Below are positions 6,923 to 16,274 of a stretch of DNA of 17,871 bases, one piece after another. Each line of letters opens with the position of its first letter. Positions within the stretch are counted from its first letter, which is position 1. The position numbers and the translations under genes were made by a program. The notes under the pieces were generated by a model, which worked only from the letters and a program-made list of their open reading frames with translations, ran no database searches and was not told where the DNA came from. The DNA lies in NCBI GenBank assembly GCA_049599895.1, contig JBMYPC010000061.1:1-17871 (forward strand), read 5' to 3'. The stretch is from Bacteriovoracaceae bacterium (GTDB lineage: Bacteria; Bdellovibrionota; Bacteriovoracia; Bacteriovoracales; Bacteriovoracaceae).

Positions 6923-8194
6923 CTAGATAAGCTTAAGAAATTTTCTCTTTCCAACTTTTAAATACTGGCCTTTAAAAGTTCCATCACAAACAGCTTCTGC
7001 ATCGGTAAGTTTTTTAAGCTCTTCTTCATTCTCCCCACTAAGAAGTTTTATAGCATTTTGTTTGGCCATTCTTCTAATCTCACCTTTACTAGGAAGAAGC
7101 TTTGAGTTCAAAAGTACATCCACGAGTTTCTCATTTTCACCTAACTGATACTCAGGAGTATCATCAGGGATTCCTCCCTTTGCAAAGACAGACTCAAACT
7201 GTGTTCTCATTTGCTTTGCAATGTCTTCACCATGAAAAAAGCCAACAATCATCTCCGCTAATTGTTTTTTAAGTTCATTGGGATGAGTTTTTCCAGATGC
7301 GAGCCCTTCGGAAATAGACTTGATCTCTTCTTCATCAAGGCCCGTGCAATAAGTGTAATACTCAATCATAAGCTCATCAGGAATACTCATGACTTTACCA
7401 AATTTATTAAATGGTTCATCGAGAATTCCAATATAATTTCCTAGAGACTTACTCATTTTCTGCTGGCCACAAGTCCCAGTAATAATTGGCAGAAGCATCG
7501 CCACCTGAGAACGCATCCCTTCCCATTTTTGATAATCTCGACCCATCAAAACATTAAACTTTTGATCTGTTCCGCCAAGTTCAATATCAGCTTTGATATA
7601 AACTGAATCAATCCCTTGAAGCACAGGATAAAATAATTCATGAAGAGAAAGGCTTAAGTTATTTTTTAAACGATTTCCGAAGGTATCGTGAGAAAGTAGT
7701 TTTGCCACCGTAGTCTGACTCGCCCACTTAATAACATCACGAAGCTCAACTCCATTAAACCACTCTGACTGAAATCGAACTTCAGTTTTTTCTTTATCAA
7801 GAACAGTAAATAGTTGCTGCATATACTTTTCAGCATTTGACTTCACAGATTCAGCAGTTAATGAAGGTCTCGATTCATTTTTCCCGGTAGGGTCACCAAT
7901 AGAAGCAGTGTAATCCCCAATAATAACAACTCCTGTGTGACCTAAATCTTGAAACTGTCTCATCTTCCTATAGGGGACAAGATGACCCAGATGAACATCA
8001 GGATTTGTGGGATCAATTCCACACTTTACTCTCAAAGGAGTCCCAGTTCGAATGCTCGTTTTAAGGATTTTCTCAAACTCATTTTCGGGAACAATCTCAC
8101 TGGTTCTAAAACCAAGTATTTTAAGCTGTCTTTGAAACTCTTTTTCCTGTTCAGGAGTTAATTCATTTGCCTCAGATGAACCGCTTTGCGTCAT
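6923..8194 (-). CDS. tyrS: Tyrosine--tRNA ligase (TyrRS2 / T. thermophilus-like type)
   Basis: VKCGIDPT...HLGH (HIGH motif), IGDPTGK, YPVLQGID, ELGGTDQKFN, KMSKS, C-terminal S4-like domain ending KVGKRKF. Confidence 0.97.
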   Translation of the reverse strand: MTQSGSSEANELTPEQEKEFQRQLKILGFRTSEIVPENEFEKILKTSIRTGTPLRVKCGIDPTNPDVHLGHLVPYRKMRQFQDLGHTGVVIIGDYTASIGDPTGKNESRPSLTAESVKSNAEKYMQQLFTVLDKEKTEVRFQSEWFNGVELRDVIKWASQTTVAKLLSHDTFGNRLKNNLSLSLHELFYPVLQGIDSVYIKADIELGGTDQKFNVLMGRDYQKWEGMRSQVAMLLPIITGTCGQQKMSKSLGNYIGILDEPFNKFGKVMSIPDELMIEYYTYCTGLDEEEIKSISEGLASGKTHPNELKKQLAEMIVGFFHGEDIAKQMRTQFESVFAKGGIPDDTPEYQLGENEKLVDVLLNSKLLPSKGEIRRMAKQNAIKLLSGENEEELKKLTDAEAVCDGTFKGQYLKVGKRKFLKLI

Positions 8195-8373
8195 ATTTTT
8201 TCCTATTTTTCACTTAATAACATCTAGAAAATACTACAATTATCGCACGTGAATGGAAACTTTTCATATGTAATTAAAAAAGCTTTTCTGTATAGGTTTT
8301 ATATTTCAAAGCATCTTTTCAGGCCAAAGCGACTCATGCTAATTTTGTGAAGATCTTAAGGAACGAAAACTCT

Positions 8374-9060
8374 ATGGAATTTACAGAACTAAGGCCCGGT
8401 ACTTCTGTTGAAGGCGAAGAAATTAAAGCCTATCGAAGTAGCACAAAAAGTGAAAACTATATCTATCTCATCGCAGGAACTCACGGTGATGAAGTTGAAG
8501 GCGTCTATGTTCTTCAACAACTTTTTGACTGGTTAAAAAATACTGACGAACTTGAATTTGCCCTCATCGTTATTCCAATTCTTAATGTTGATGGCTATCG
8601 TTCAGGGACAAGAGTTAATGCTCATGGTGTAGATCTTAATCGAAATTATCCCGACAGCAGCTGGAGTCCTGAATTTAAAGAAGATAAATACAATCCAGGA
8701 CCGAAGGCCTTAAGTGAGCCGGAGAATAAGTTTTTAGATAAACTCTTTGAGAAATTTCCTCCCCGAATTGTTCTTTCTTTTCATTCTTGGAAACCAATCA
8801 TTAACTACAATGGGCCATGCAAGAAAATTGCTGAATTTATTGAACGCCATAATAACTACTCAATTGCCGATGACATTGGCTATGAGACACCTGGTTCTTT
8901 AGGAAGTTACGTCCCTTCAAAATATAAAGCCCCTGTCATCACCTATGAATGCCCTCTCATTTCCAACGACAGAGGTCTTAAAGATATTTGGGAAGAAAAT
9001 AGGGCCCCGCTCGAGAGTTTATTTCGATCAGATTTATTAAAACAAACTCGTTTTCAGTAA
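8374..9060 (+). CDS. mpaA: M14-family zinc carboxypeptidase, murein peptide amidase A (MpaA)-like
   Basis: AGTHGDEVEG (H-x-x-E), IPILNVDG, RVNAHGVDLNRNYP, LSEPE, SFHSW, IGYETPGSLGSY, ITYE. No signal peptide. ATG 8374 is preferred; GTG 8347 is the alternative start. Confidence 0.82.
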   Translation: MEFTELRPGTSVEGEEIKAYRSSTKSENYIYLIAGTHGDEVEGVYVLQQLFDWLKNTDELEFALIVIPILNVDGYRSGTRVNAHGVDLNRNYPDSSWSPEFKEDKYNPGPKALSEPENKFLDKLFEKFPPRIVLSFHSWKPIINYNGPCKKIAEFIERHNNYSIADDIGYETPGSLGSYVPSKYKAPVITYECPLISNDRGLKDIWEENRAPLESLFRSDLLKQTRFQ

Positions 9061-9061
9061 T

Positions 9062-9108
9062 GACAAAGGGCTTAAGGTCGTCAAAAAATGGCCCTCTCTT
9101 GTCTTTTT
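9062..9108 (+). terminator. Possible intrinsic terminator after mpaA
   Basis: GACAA-AGGGC...GCCCT-(CTC)-TTGTC followed by TTTTT. The loop is large (19 nt) and the stem is bulged. Confidence 0.35.
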
Positions 9109-9295
9109 CTAAGTAGGCTTTGATTTATTTTAATGACTAAAAGATTGACAGTCACAGCCTAAATCTTCGATTTAATAAGATTTCACACCTATGAATAGTT
9201 TCTAGGCGACCCTGTAGCTTTTACAAGCTTCAATGAATTAATCCCAGAATTTACATAAAATTTTAGAAACCCAAAACATTTAGAAAGGCCTATTT

Positions 9296-10093
9296 ATGCT
9301 TAACCAAAAAACGACTATCCTTATTCTCGCGCTATCAGGTTCATTGGCGTCTCAAGCTTTTGCAAAGGATTCGAAGTTTACCTCCTCTGCATCATTAGAG
9401 ATGAGATCTGGAGTGAGTACAGAAGGTGGCGAATCAAGACCTTTCCTTTCTACACTGGAATATTTTGGGGACTATCAACTTAATAAAAAAGTTGATTTCA
9501 CATTAAGGGCCGGTGTTGAAAAAGAACTTAGTGAAAATCGCGAAGCCAGTATCAATAATACGATGATCTACAATAATATTCGAAAAATCATTGATACAAA
9601 ATATGGCCACTTAGACTGGAAAACCAATGCTCTTATTCCGACAAATGAAGATTCTCGAAAAGGAAGCTCATTAGTGACTAGCATCACTACTGGACCTCTC
9701 TTAAAAATAAAAACACCTTCTCCAAAGTTTGGTGTTTCAGTTCGAACGCAACTGAGAAGAAACTTCTTTGAATTTAAAACCTCTCAATCAGAATCAGTCA
9801 ATACACATTATTCACTTACTCATCGAGTTGATTTCTCTTATCGAATTACAGATTCTCTTAGTGTTTCAACTCTTTTTCTCAACTCTCATCATTGGAACGC
9901 TAACAGCAATAGAACACCAGATACATTTACGACAGTTCAATCTCTTAACTACAGCCTTGATCGCACAACCAGTCTTAGCTTAGGACACGAAATTGCAGAC
10001 TATACATTCAAGTCTGATGGAGTAAGTTCAAACATTTCTGTATTCGATAGAAAATCATCAACAGTTTATTTAAGTATGTTCAAAAGCTTCTAA
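9296..10093 (+). CDS. Putative outer-membrane beta-barrel protein of unknown function
   Basis: SPase I signal peptide (…SQAFA|KD), alternating amphipathic strands (VDFTLRAGVEK, HRVDFSYRIT, QSLNYSLD, TSLSLGHE), Ser/Thr/Asn-rich, no Cys, C-terminal VYLSMFKSF ending in Phe like a BAM beta-signal. Confidence 0.65.
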   Translation: MLNQKTTILILALSGSLASQAFAKDSKFTSSASLEMRSGVSTEGGESRPFLSTLEYFGDYQLNKKVDFTLRAGVEKELSENREASINNTMIYNNIRKIIDTKYGHLDWKTNALIPTNEDSRKGSSLVTSITTGPLLKIKTPSPKFGVSVRTQLRRNFFEFKTSQSESVNTHYSLTHRVDFSYRITDSLSVSTLFLNSHHWNANSNRTPDTFTTVQSLNYSLDRTTSLSLGHEIADYTFKSDGVSSNISVFDRKSSTVYLSMFKSF

Positions 10094-10117
10094 TCAAAAC
10101 TAGGAAAGGGTGTAAAG

Positions 10118-13100
10118 TTGAAGACAAAACTAAAATTTCTTTTTCTCGCACTTGCTCTTATTCTCAGCTCGTGTTCAGTTGAAAGAGAAGAGAGTTTTGA
10201 TGAAAGTGTTGATACATCAGGTCTTTTAACAATCGCTCAATTTAAAAGTGGAAATTGTTCAGTTCAAGCAATTGAGGCCATCATTGAACCCCAAGGTGTG
10301 ACAAAGGCCACCAGCCTTAACAATAAAGAAAGCTTCTTTCTTTCTAATCACCCTATTGTTTCTTATGAAACAGACTGCCCTCTTTTTGATAACATGCCAT
10401 TTAGAGGACTTCCAGGTTACACCTATCAGATTTCTTATCAATTAGAGCAATCTAAAGAGAATCATAATCATTACTTTATCTCTTTTTCTAAAATCTCAAC
10501 CAAAAAGACCATGTCTCATCATGAGACAAATTTGGTTTCGTCAGTGCTTAAAGGTGAGGACAAGACTGAAAACACTGAAGATGACCTTTATGTCATTCCA
10601 CTGTTTAAATACAGAGTAAATCTTTTGATGAAAGAGTATCGAAAAGACCCTAATTCAAGAGAAAACACACACATTACCTTTTTAAAAGAAGTTCACTCAC
10701 TCAGTGATGCGACTTTTTTTCGAATTGCTTCAACTCGTTTTCTCGCAAAACCTCATATTCGTCAGGATACATTTCCGGTGAGTTTTTTCGAAGGACCTTG
10801 GTTTTATTCACGAACGATTGTTTCAGCAAGTGTTGATGAAGAACATACAGTAGGAAGAGTCCTTAATGACTTTACATATGAAAATAAATCGCGGGTAAAG
10901 TTTGAGCAAGTAGACAATGGTTTTACTATTGTTGGGACAAGTATTGACCCATCGATTAATCCCAATAAGCTCGAAAATCTTCAAGAGGCCCTATTCCTCC
11001 CTGCCAGATGGGTTGATTACAGAATTAAAGACCGTGGAGATGAAGCTGGTCTTGTTGAAGAAGAGCTTGATGACAATCACGCAGATTCAAGAAACTATAG
11101 AAAAAGAGATTATGTCTCTATTGATTTTCCAGGTGTAAAAACCAGCATGAAAGATCTTGTGAGTACTTCTCAAAGATCAGACTATTCACGAGACTTCACA
11201 AATACAAAAGCCTATTTCGAAAATCTCGAAATCACAAAGAACTACTTGAGTTTCACAATCTACTACCCTGAATTCAAAAAGAAAGTGAAATTTGCTTTTA
11301 AGCGTGCTCCTCAGAAGGCAAAGAAGCCAAGAGTTTACCACTATGATGACATGAAAAAATTTGGTTACTTTTACTCTGAGAAGAATGTTATTAAAAGCGC
11401 TGAATATCATCGAAAGGAAGACTTTAATCGACTTAATATGATTCAAAGGTTTTATCCTTCAAACAATATTATTGAGTACCGTTTATCAAAACAAACTCCA
11501 AGAAAATATTATGACGTTGCAGAAAAAGCTGTTGCAGCTTGGCAAGAAGCTTTTGACAAGGCATTTGAAGGAGCTCCTGAAAGTGAAAAAATCCAAATTG
11601 TCCTTTCTGCTGACCGTACAAACTCAAACTTTCCTAAGTATGACCTCGCAAGTATTGGTGATATTCGCTATAACATCATTAATATCATCGACTCTAAGGC
11701 AGGCCGCTCACTTTTAGGTTATGGGCCTAGTATTGTTGATTCTGAATCCGGTGAAATCATTAGTGCAACTTCAAATGTCTATGTTAACCCCGTTAGAAAC
11801 AAGCTCATCTCTATTATGAGAAACTATGTTCGCTCAAAACTAGGAGTTTTAAAGAAGTTCCAACTAAACGGATTTGAGTCACAAAGTATTTCTTCTGATC
11901 ATATTTCTTCAGTGCAATCCATTTCATCAAATAACCATTCATCGAGTTCAAAAATAAGTCAAACGGCTTCAGTAACAAAACTACCTCGGAAAGATAGGAA
12001 GTTTAATTTAAGAACAAGTCTTCAACAAAGACATGAATATTTTGAAAATACTTATAAGTTCAGTGTCGAAAAGATTGAATCTCGATGTGAACCAAATTTG
12101 ATTGCTTACTTTTCGGATCTTTTTGAACAAAATGTCACAAGTCTTGAAGGTGAAGAATTCTCGACTCTCCTTGAAGAACACAAAGAGCAGGCCAAGTTTA
12201 AAACTCATCTCGACAACGATGAACTTTACTTCTCATCTTGTGTTGAAGACTTGATTAAAGACGACCTCCTTAGCACTCTCATTCACGAACTTGGTCATAA
12301 CTTTGGCCTTTCTCACAATTTCATGGCCTCGTCAGCAAAGGAAAAGAATGCTTTTAACTTAAAAGGTGAAAAGATCTACACCTCAAGTGTCATGGACTAC
12401 ATTCCTCTTCGTTTAGGAACAGGTCTTAGTGTTGGTAGCTACGACATTGCAGCTATTCGCTACGGATATCGTGGGATGATCGAAACGAATAATGGAGAGC
12501 TTCTTAAAGTCCCTACCTCTCAAAGCATCAAAGATTTTGTGAAAACAGAACAAATTAAAGATATGAGACAATTTAAGTTCTGTTCTGACGATCAAATTTA
12601 TAAAAGTGACCCTCTTTGTGCTGCCCATGACTTTGGATCAACTCCAAAAGATGTGGTCTCAAATATCATTCAAAACTTTTTCACCTTTCAATCTCTACAA
12701 AATTATCGCTATGATCGATTTCATGAGCTAGTTCTCGACAAAGAGACCTATATGGACGCCCTAGCGACAGAGTTCTTTGTTCCACTTAAAATGTTCTACG
12801 AAAAATGGCGCTTTTACTTAAACCGTTTAGTCTCTTCAGATAATCGTTATCTTGATTTTGCGGAAACTTCTGATCACAGAACATTCAATTCAGTCATTCA
12901 AGATAAAATTGACCAAATTGAAAATAAAGAAAACCGAGAACTCTATCAGAACTATTTTGAAACTGCTCAAACAATTCGATCTTTTCTCAACTCTATTATT
13001 ATGGAACCTGCTCTCACCTGCCTCGCGATCGACCGTGAAACTAATGAATTAACTCCATTTGAGTTTCACTCTCTAAGAGAAAAGATTTACCAAAAAATGT

Positions 13101-14338
13101 TTCAAACCGTTTATGATTGCCAAGACCCACTTGTTGCCGATTATTTCGAGCTTGAAAACTATAATGTTCATCCAAAGGTAAGCTTTGGAACGCTTTATGA
13201 GGACATCAACGAGTCTCTTGACCCTGAAGAAGAGCAATCTTTCAAAGAGCTCTATGCCTATGGGTTTTTAAATGCCAGATCCATCGCAATTGGAACTCTT
13301 ATTGAAAGAACTCCTTATCTTGAACTTCTTGCAAGACAAGGCTTTCAACCTAACTTTCTTGATAACCCCATCAATCGAAATGAGTTAAACAACTTTTTTA
13401 TCACAAGAATTCAAGAAGGAATTCAGTTTGAGTATGAAGGAAAATCAGATTTCTTCCCATTTTTCTTAAGAGAAAAAGGTTATTTAAGTGATGCGACGAG
13501 AGAGTTTATTAAAAGCTTAATGATCCCAGGTAAAGACCTTCAAAATGAGCTTGTCAAACATAAGTACATTCCACAAATTGTAACTGAAAGCAGTGAATTC
13601 CTCGCATCTCAAAACTACAATGCCTTCGTCTCAAATAACCCAAGCTTTGAAGGGATTCCTTTTCGAGATGCACTTACCCACCACGCACCTGAAGAAATGC
13701 TAAGCTCTGTTGGAATCCTTTATCGAGAGCTCTCTCATAATGTCGGTTTTGTCGCAAAAGAAGACGAGTACATTCAAGCTTATGCTCTTCTTGAAACTTT
13801 TATTTCCTCAGAGAAAAAAATAAAAATTCTTTCAACTCCTGACGACTATGTGGGAATTCAAGAATTCCAAACAAATATTATCGCAAACCAAGACTTTCAA
13901 CATTCTGCTGATGATGTCATGGAGATGTCTTACGATGAATTTCAAATTCTTATGGATAATATTAATAAAGAACTTCGATTTTATGGCCAAGGGGTTAAAA
14001 CAATTGCTCGATATTACCTACAAGACTATTTCTTAGTTTCAGACATCTTTGACTATCTCATGAGCCGAAATATAGAGGTTTCAATGGATATGAAAATAAG
14101 AGATCTCCTCTTTAATGAATTTGATTCACAAATCAATGCTGCTCTTGATGAGAAAAATTCAAACCTTAGAGTTTCAAAAATAAAAGAACTCCCATTTACA
14201 AAAGAGAGTCCTTATCTTGATGGTGTTAACTCTGATCTTGAAATTCTTGAAGACTACTTAAAAGACCTTCCCTATGCGAATGACTTTACTTCACAAGTGG
14301 ATATTATCTTCTCAATCTTCAATGAGACTTTTATTTAA
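10118..14338 (+). CDS. Large lipoprotein zinc-dependent metalloprotease (metzincin; resembles the DUF4953/EcxA-type Met-zincin group)
   Basis: Lipobox LSSC, AVAAWQEAF and GDIRYNII...LLGYGPSIVDSESGEIISA motifs, HELGHNFGLSH (HEXXHXXGXXH, 12284-12316), Met-turn SSVMDY, GSYDIAAIRYGY. TTG start with an AGGAAAGG SD, 24 nt after the barrel gene. Confidence 0.88.
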   Translation: MKTKLKFLFLALALILSSCSVEREESFDESVDTSGLLTIAQFKSGNCSVQAIEAIIEPQGVTKATSLNNKESFFLSNHPIVSYETDCPLFDNMPFRGLPGYTYQISYQLEQSKENHNHYFISFSKISTKKTMSHHETNLVSSVLKGEDKTENTEDDLYVIPLFKYRVNLLMKEYRKDPNSRENTHITFLKEVHSLSDATFFRIASTRFLAKPHIRQDTFPVSFFEGPWFYSRTIVSASVDEEHTVGRVLNDFTYENKSRVKFEQVDNGFTIVGTSIDPSINPNKLENLQEALFLPARWVDYRIKDRGDEAGLVEEELDDNHADSRNYRKRDYVSIDFPGVKTSMKDLVSTSQRSDYSRDFTNTKAYFENLEITKNYLSFTIYYPEFKKKVKFAFKRAPQKAKKPRVYHYDDMKKFGYFYSEKNVIKSAEYHRKEDFNRLNMIQRFYPSNNIIEYRLSKQTPRKYYDVAEKAVAAWQEAFDKAFEGAPESEKIQIVLSADRTNSNFPKYDLASIGDIRYNIINIIDSKAGRSLLGYGPSIVDSESGEIISATSNVYVNPVRNKLISIMRNYVRSKLGVLKKFQLNGFESQSISSDHISSVQSISSNNHSSSSKISQTASVTKLPRKDRKFNLRTSLQQRHEYFENTYKFSVEKIESRCEPNLIAYFSDLFEQNVTSLEGEEFSTLLEEHKEQAKFKTHLDNDELYFSSCVEDLIKDDLLSTLIHELGHNFGLSHNFMASSAKEKNAFNLKGEKIYTSSVMDYIPLRLGTGLSVGSYDIAAIRYGYRGMIETNNGELLKVPTSQSIKDFVKTEQIKDMRQFKFCSDDQIYKSDPLCAAHDFGSTPKDVVSNIIQNFFTFQSLQNYRYDRFHELVLDKETYMDALATEFFVPLKMFYEKWRFYLNRLVSSDNRYLDFAETSDHRTFNSVIQDKIDQIENKENRELYQNYFETAQTIRSFLNSIIMEPALTCLAIDRETNELTPFEFHSLREKIYQKMFQTVYDCQDPLVADYFELENYNVHPKVSFGTLYEDINESLDPEEEQSFKELYAYGFLNARSIAIGTLIERTPYLELLARQGFQPNFLDNPINRNELNNFFITRIQEGIQFEYEGKSDFFPFFLREKGYLSDATREFIKSLMIPGKDLQNELVKHKYIPQIVTESSEFLASQNYNAFVSNNPSFEGIPFRDALTHHAPEEMLSSVGILYRELSHNVGFVAKEDEYIQAYALLETFISSEKKIKILSTPDDYVGIQEFQTNIIANQDFQHSADDVMEMSYDEFQILMDNINKELRFYGQGVKTIARYYLQDYFLVSDIFDYLMSRNIEVSMDMKIRDLLFNEFDSQINAALDEKNSNLRVSKIKELPFTKESPYLDGVNSDLEILEDYLKDLPYANDFTSQVDIIFSIFNETFI

Positions 14339-14355
14339 GAGATTTTTTAAAGGGT

Positions 14356-15195
14356 CTAGCCTGCTTTAGTGAACTTGATCACTTCGACTGGACAAGCTTC
14401 GGCTGCTTCTTCAATTAAAAGACCATTATCAAGAGGAGCTTCTGGACGAATAAGACATGTCTCATCCGTCACTTCAAAAACCTCAGGAAAAATCGCTTCA
14501 CAAGCATTACAAACAATACAACCTGGTTCAATCCAAACCTTTGAAACCGCATAGTTTTCTTGAACAGGAGCATCACCACCAGCAGCTCCGGCAAACTGTC
14601 CGGCAAACTCTGGATTAGTTGCAATTTTTAAGGTTTTATCAGAACGCGGAAGTGGATCGGCGATAAAACTTTTTTGAACTGTTTGATAAAGAGGTTTTTG
14701 GTACTCCACTTTATTTTGGTGATTGAATTCTTCCATTGTTTGATCGGCCATGGAAAGTTTATCAACGAAAGTTTTTCCATTAATTCTTCGATACATTGTT
14801 GTTCCATCTTTCGAAGAAAGTTCAATCTCAACAGTGGCCTTTTCAAGACCACTGGCTTCGATCATTTTTGAAAATCCTGGACCCATATCGAGATCAACAG
14901 CAAACGACGAGCTTTTTGAAGCAAACTCGTGGCTAACGTCAACTTGAGTTGGTGATCCAAATGGATTGTAGAGTCTTAATCTGACTTTATCGAACTTTGA
15001 ATTTACTCTGGCACTATTCCACTTATAACCAAAACAAAAACCATTACTTCCTTTCTTTGAGCTTAAAATCTCAAAGCTTGAACGCCCAAAAAGAAAGTAA
15101 AACGCGCCAGTTAGGAGACTGAAGGCTCCAAAGGCCACAACAAGACCAAGGGATAAAAGTACCGCAATTCCCATCGCCATTATAGAAGTGTTCAT
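14356..15195 (-). CDS. Membrane-anchored protein with a C-terminal monocluster ferredoxin domain
   Basis: Hydrophobic N-terminal helix (aa ~5-36). C-terminal KVWIEPGCIVCNACEAIFPEVF...EEAAEACPVEVI (CxxCxxC plus distal CP) is typical of single [4Fe-4S]/[3Fe-4S] ferredoxins. GGAG SD at 15209-15206. Confidence 0.82.
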   Translation of the reverse strand: MNTSIMAMGIAVLLSLGLVVAFGAFSLLTGAFYFLFGRSSFEILSSKKGSNGFCFGYKWNSARVNSKFDKVRLRLYNPFGSPTQVDVSHEFASKSSSFAVDLDMGPGFSKMIEASGLEKATVEIELSSKDGTTMYRRINGKTFVDKLSMADQTMEEFNHQNKVEYQKPLYQTVQKSFIADPLPRSDKTLKIATNPEFAGQFAGAAGGDAPVQENYAVSKVWIEPGCIVCNACEAIFPEVFEVTDETCLIRPEAPLDNGLLIEEAAEACPVEVIKFTKAG

Positions 15196-15240
15196 AAGTC
15201 TATGACTCCAAGTGATTTAAGTTCCTGATAATTCTAGGAG

Positions 15241-15249
15241 ATTATAACA
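15241..15249 (-). promoter_or_regulatory. Extended -10 promoter element for the ferredoxin fusion gene
   Basis: Minus strand TGTTATAAT (perfect TGn-TATAAT) about 45 nt upstream of ATG 15195. No recognisable -35. Confidence 0.55.
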
Positions 15250-15306
15250 TGAATGTATTTAAAAATTTTAGCATTTTTTACAAAAATCTCGCGAATCTAA
15301 ACGAAG

Positions 15307-16263
15307 TCAACCCGCAGCAAAGTTTATAAAAGGCTTGGCCATCTTGCCAGTCAGTTCCGCAAGACATAATGGGCCTTTCTGACTCTCGTTATCAGAGAAT
15401 AACCAAATATACTTGCTTGTGGCAGGAACCGCTAAAGAATCGGATAATTCAATGTTTTCAATTTTGACACTATGCCCATTTCGAAGTTTTTTTAGCTGTT
15501 CAGTGTTCACTTTCGAAAAATTGAAGGGAAGCAAGTCATCAAGCTCAACCAGGAATCCCCGCAGTTCATCAACAAACTGACAACTTTCAATATCTTGTAC
15601 ATGTACATTTCCAATTTGAGTTCTTTTAAGTGCAGATAAATGGCCATCGGCCCCCAAACAATCCGCAATGTCACAAAAAAGCTGACGAATGTAAGTTCCT
15701 CCACCCACATTCGCCGAAAAAGTCATCTGCTCAAGACCAAGCTCAGAAACTTCAATTGAACTAATCCATCTCCTAACCGGAGGTTTTTCAATCTGTATTC
15801 CCTCTCTTGCATATTCATAAAGGTTTTTACCTTTGTGCTTAGCCGAACTAAACATTGGGGTCGACTGCATATAACTTGGTGAAAACTTTCGGTAGAGCTC
15901 TTGCTCAAAGTTCTCTTTTTGAGGAATGCTGTTTAATTTCCTTCCCTCACTTAACTCGCCAGTGCAATCTCCGGTATTAGATTTAATTCCAAAAACTCCT
16001 TGGGCCAAATACTTTTTATAGAGATATTGATGAGAGAAGTCCTGCAAACGGCTAGCACCATTTCCAGTTATCAACATAATTCCATCGGCAAAGGGATCAA
16101 GTGTGCCCAGATGACCAATCTTTCGTTGAAGATTTCGAGGAATAATTTTTTTAAGTTTTCTTATAAGGTCAAAGCTTGAAATGCCTGTTTCTTTGTACAA
16201 GGCCAAAACCCATGGAGACCGACTTTCGAGATGAGAAAGGAACTCATCGTAGGAGCTTTCCAT
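15307..16263 (-). CDS. truB: tRNA pseudouridine(55) synthase TruB
   Basis: KIGHLGTLDPFADG with the catalytic Asp, QSTPMFSSAKHKGKNLYEYAREG, GTYIRQL, LSALKRTQIG. Follows rbfA. ATG 16263 is preferred; TTG 16269 is the alternative start. Confidence 0.93.
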   Translation of the reverse strand: MESSYDEFLSHLESRSPWVLALYKETGISSFDLIRKLKKIIPRNLQRKIGHLGTLDPFADGIMLITGNGASRLQDFSHQYLYKKYLAQGVFGIKSNTGDCTGELSEGRKLNSIPQKENFEQELYRKFSPSYMQSTPMFSSAKHKGKNLYEYAREGIQIEKPPVRRWISSIEVSELGLEQMTFSANVGGGTYIRQLFCDIADCLGADGHLSALKRTQIGNVHVQDIESCQFVDELRGFLVELDDLLPFNFSKVNTEQLKKLRNGHSVKIENIELSDSLAVPATSKYIWLFSDNESQKGPLCLAELTGKMAKPFINFAAG

Positions 16264-16274
16264 AAACAATTACT

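Noticed and set aside
8195..8346. Possible T-box leader upstream of tyrS
   Set aside because: The region is short, AT-rich and shared with a divergent gene. No T-box consensus (AAnnnGGGTGGnACC) or terminator hairpin was seen.
9145..9176. Perfect TTGACA -35 upstream of the beta-barrel gene
   Set aside because: No acceptable -10 hexamer at 16-18 nt spacing, so no promoter was called.
9109..9295. Possible riboswitch (e.g. c-di-GMP-I) or sRNA in the barrel/protease leader
   Set aside because: No GEMM-like consensus or strong multi-stem structure was recognised by eye. An Infernal/Rfam scan would settle it.
10259..14036. Several 60-86-aa ORFs nested in the metalloprotease gene
   Set aside because: Expected by chance within a long CDS, with no independent coding evidence.
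14369..14947. Short ORFs overlapping the ferredoxin gene (14369-14554, 14628-14852, 14674-14871, 14750-14947)
   Set aside because: Antisense or alternate-frame shadows of a well-supported gene, with no recognisable motifs.
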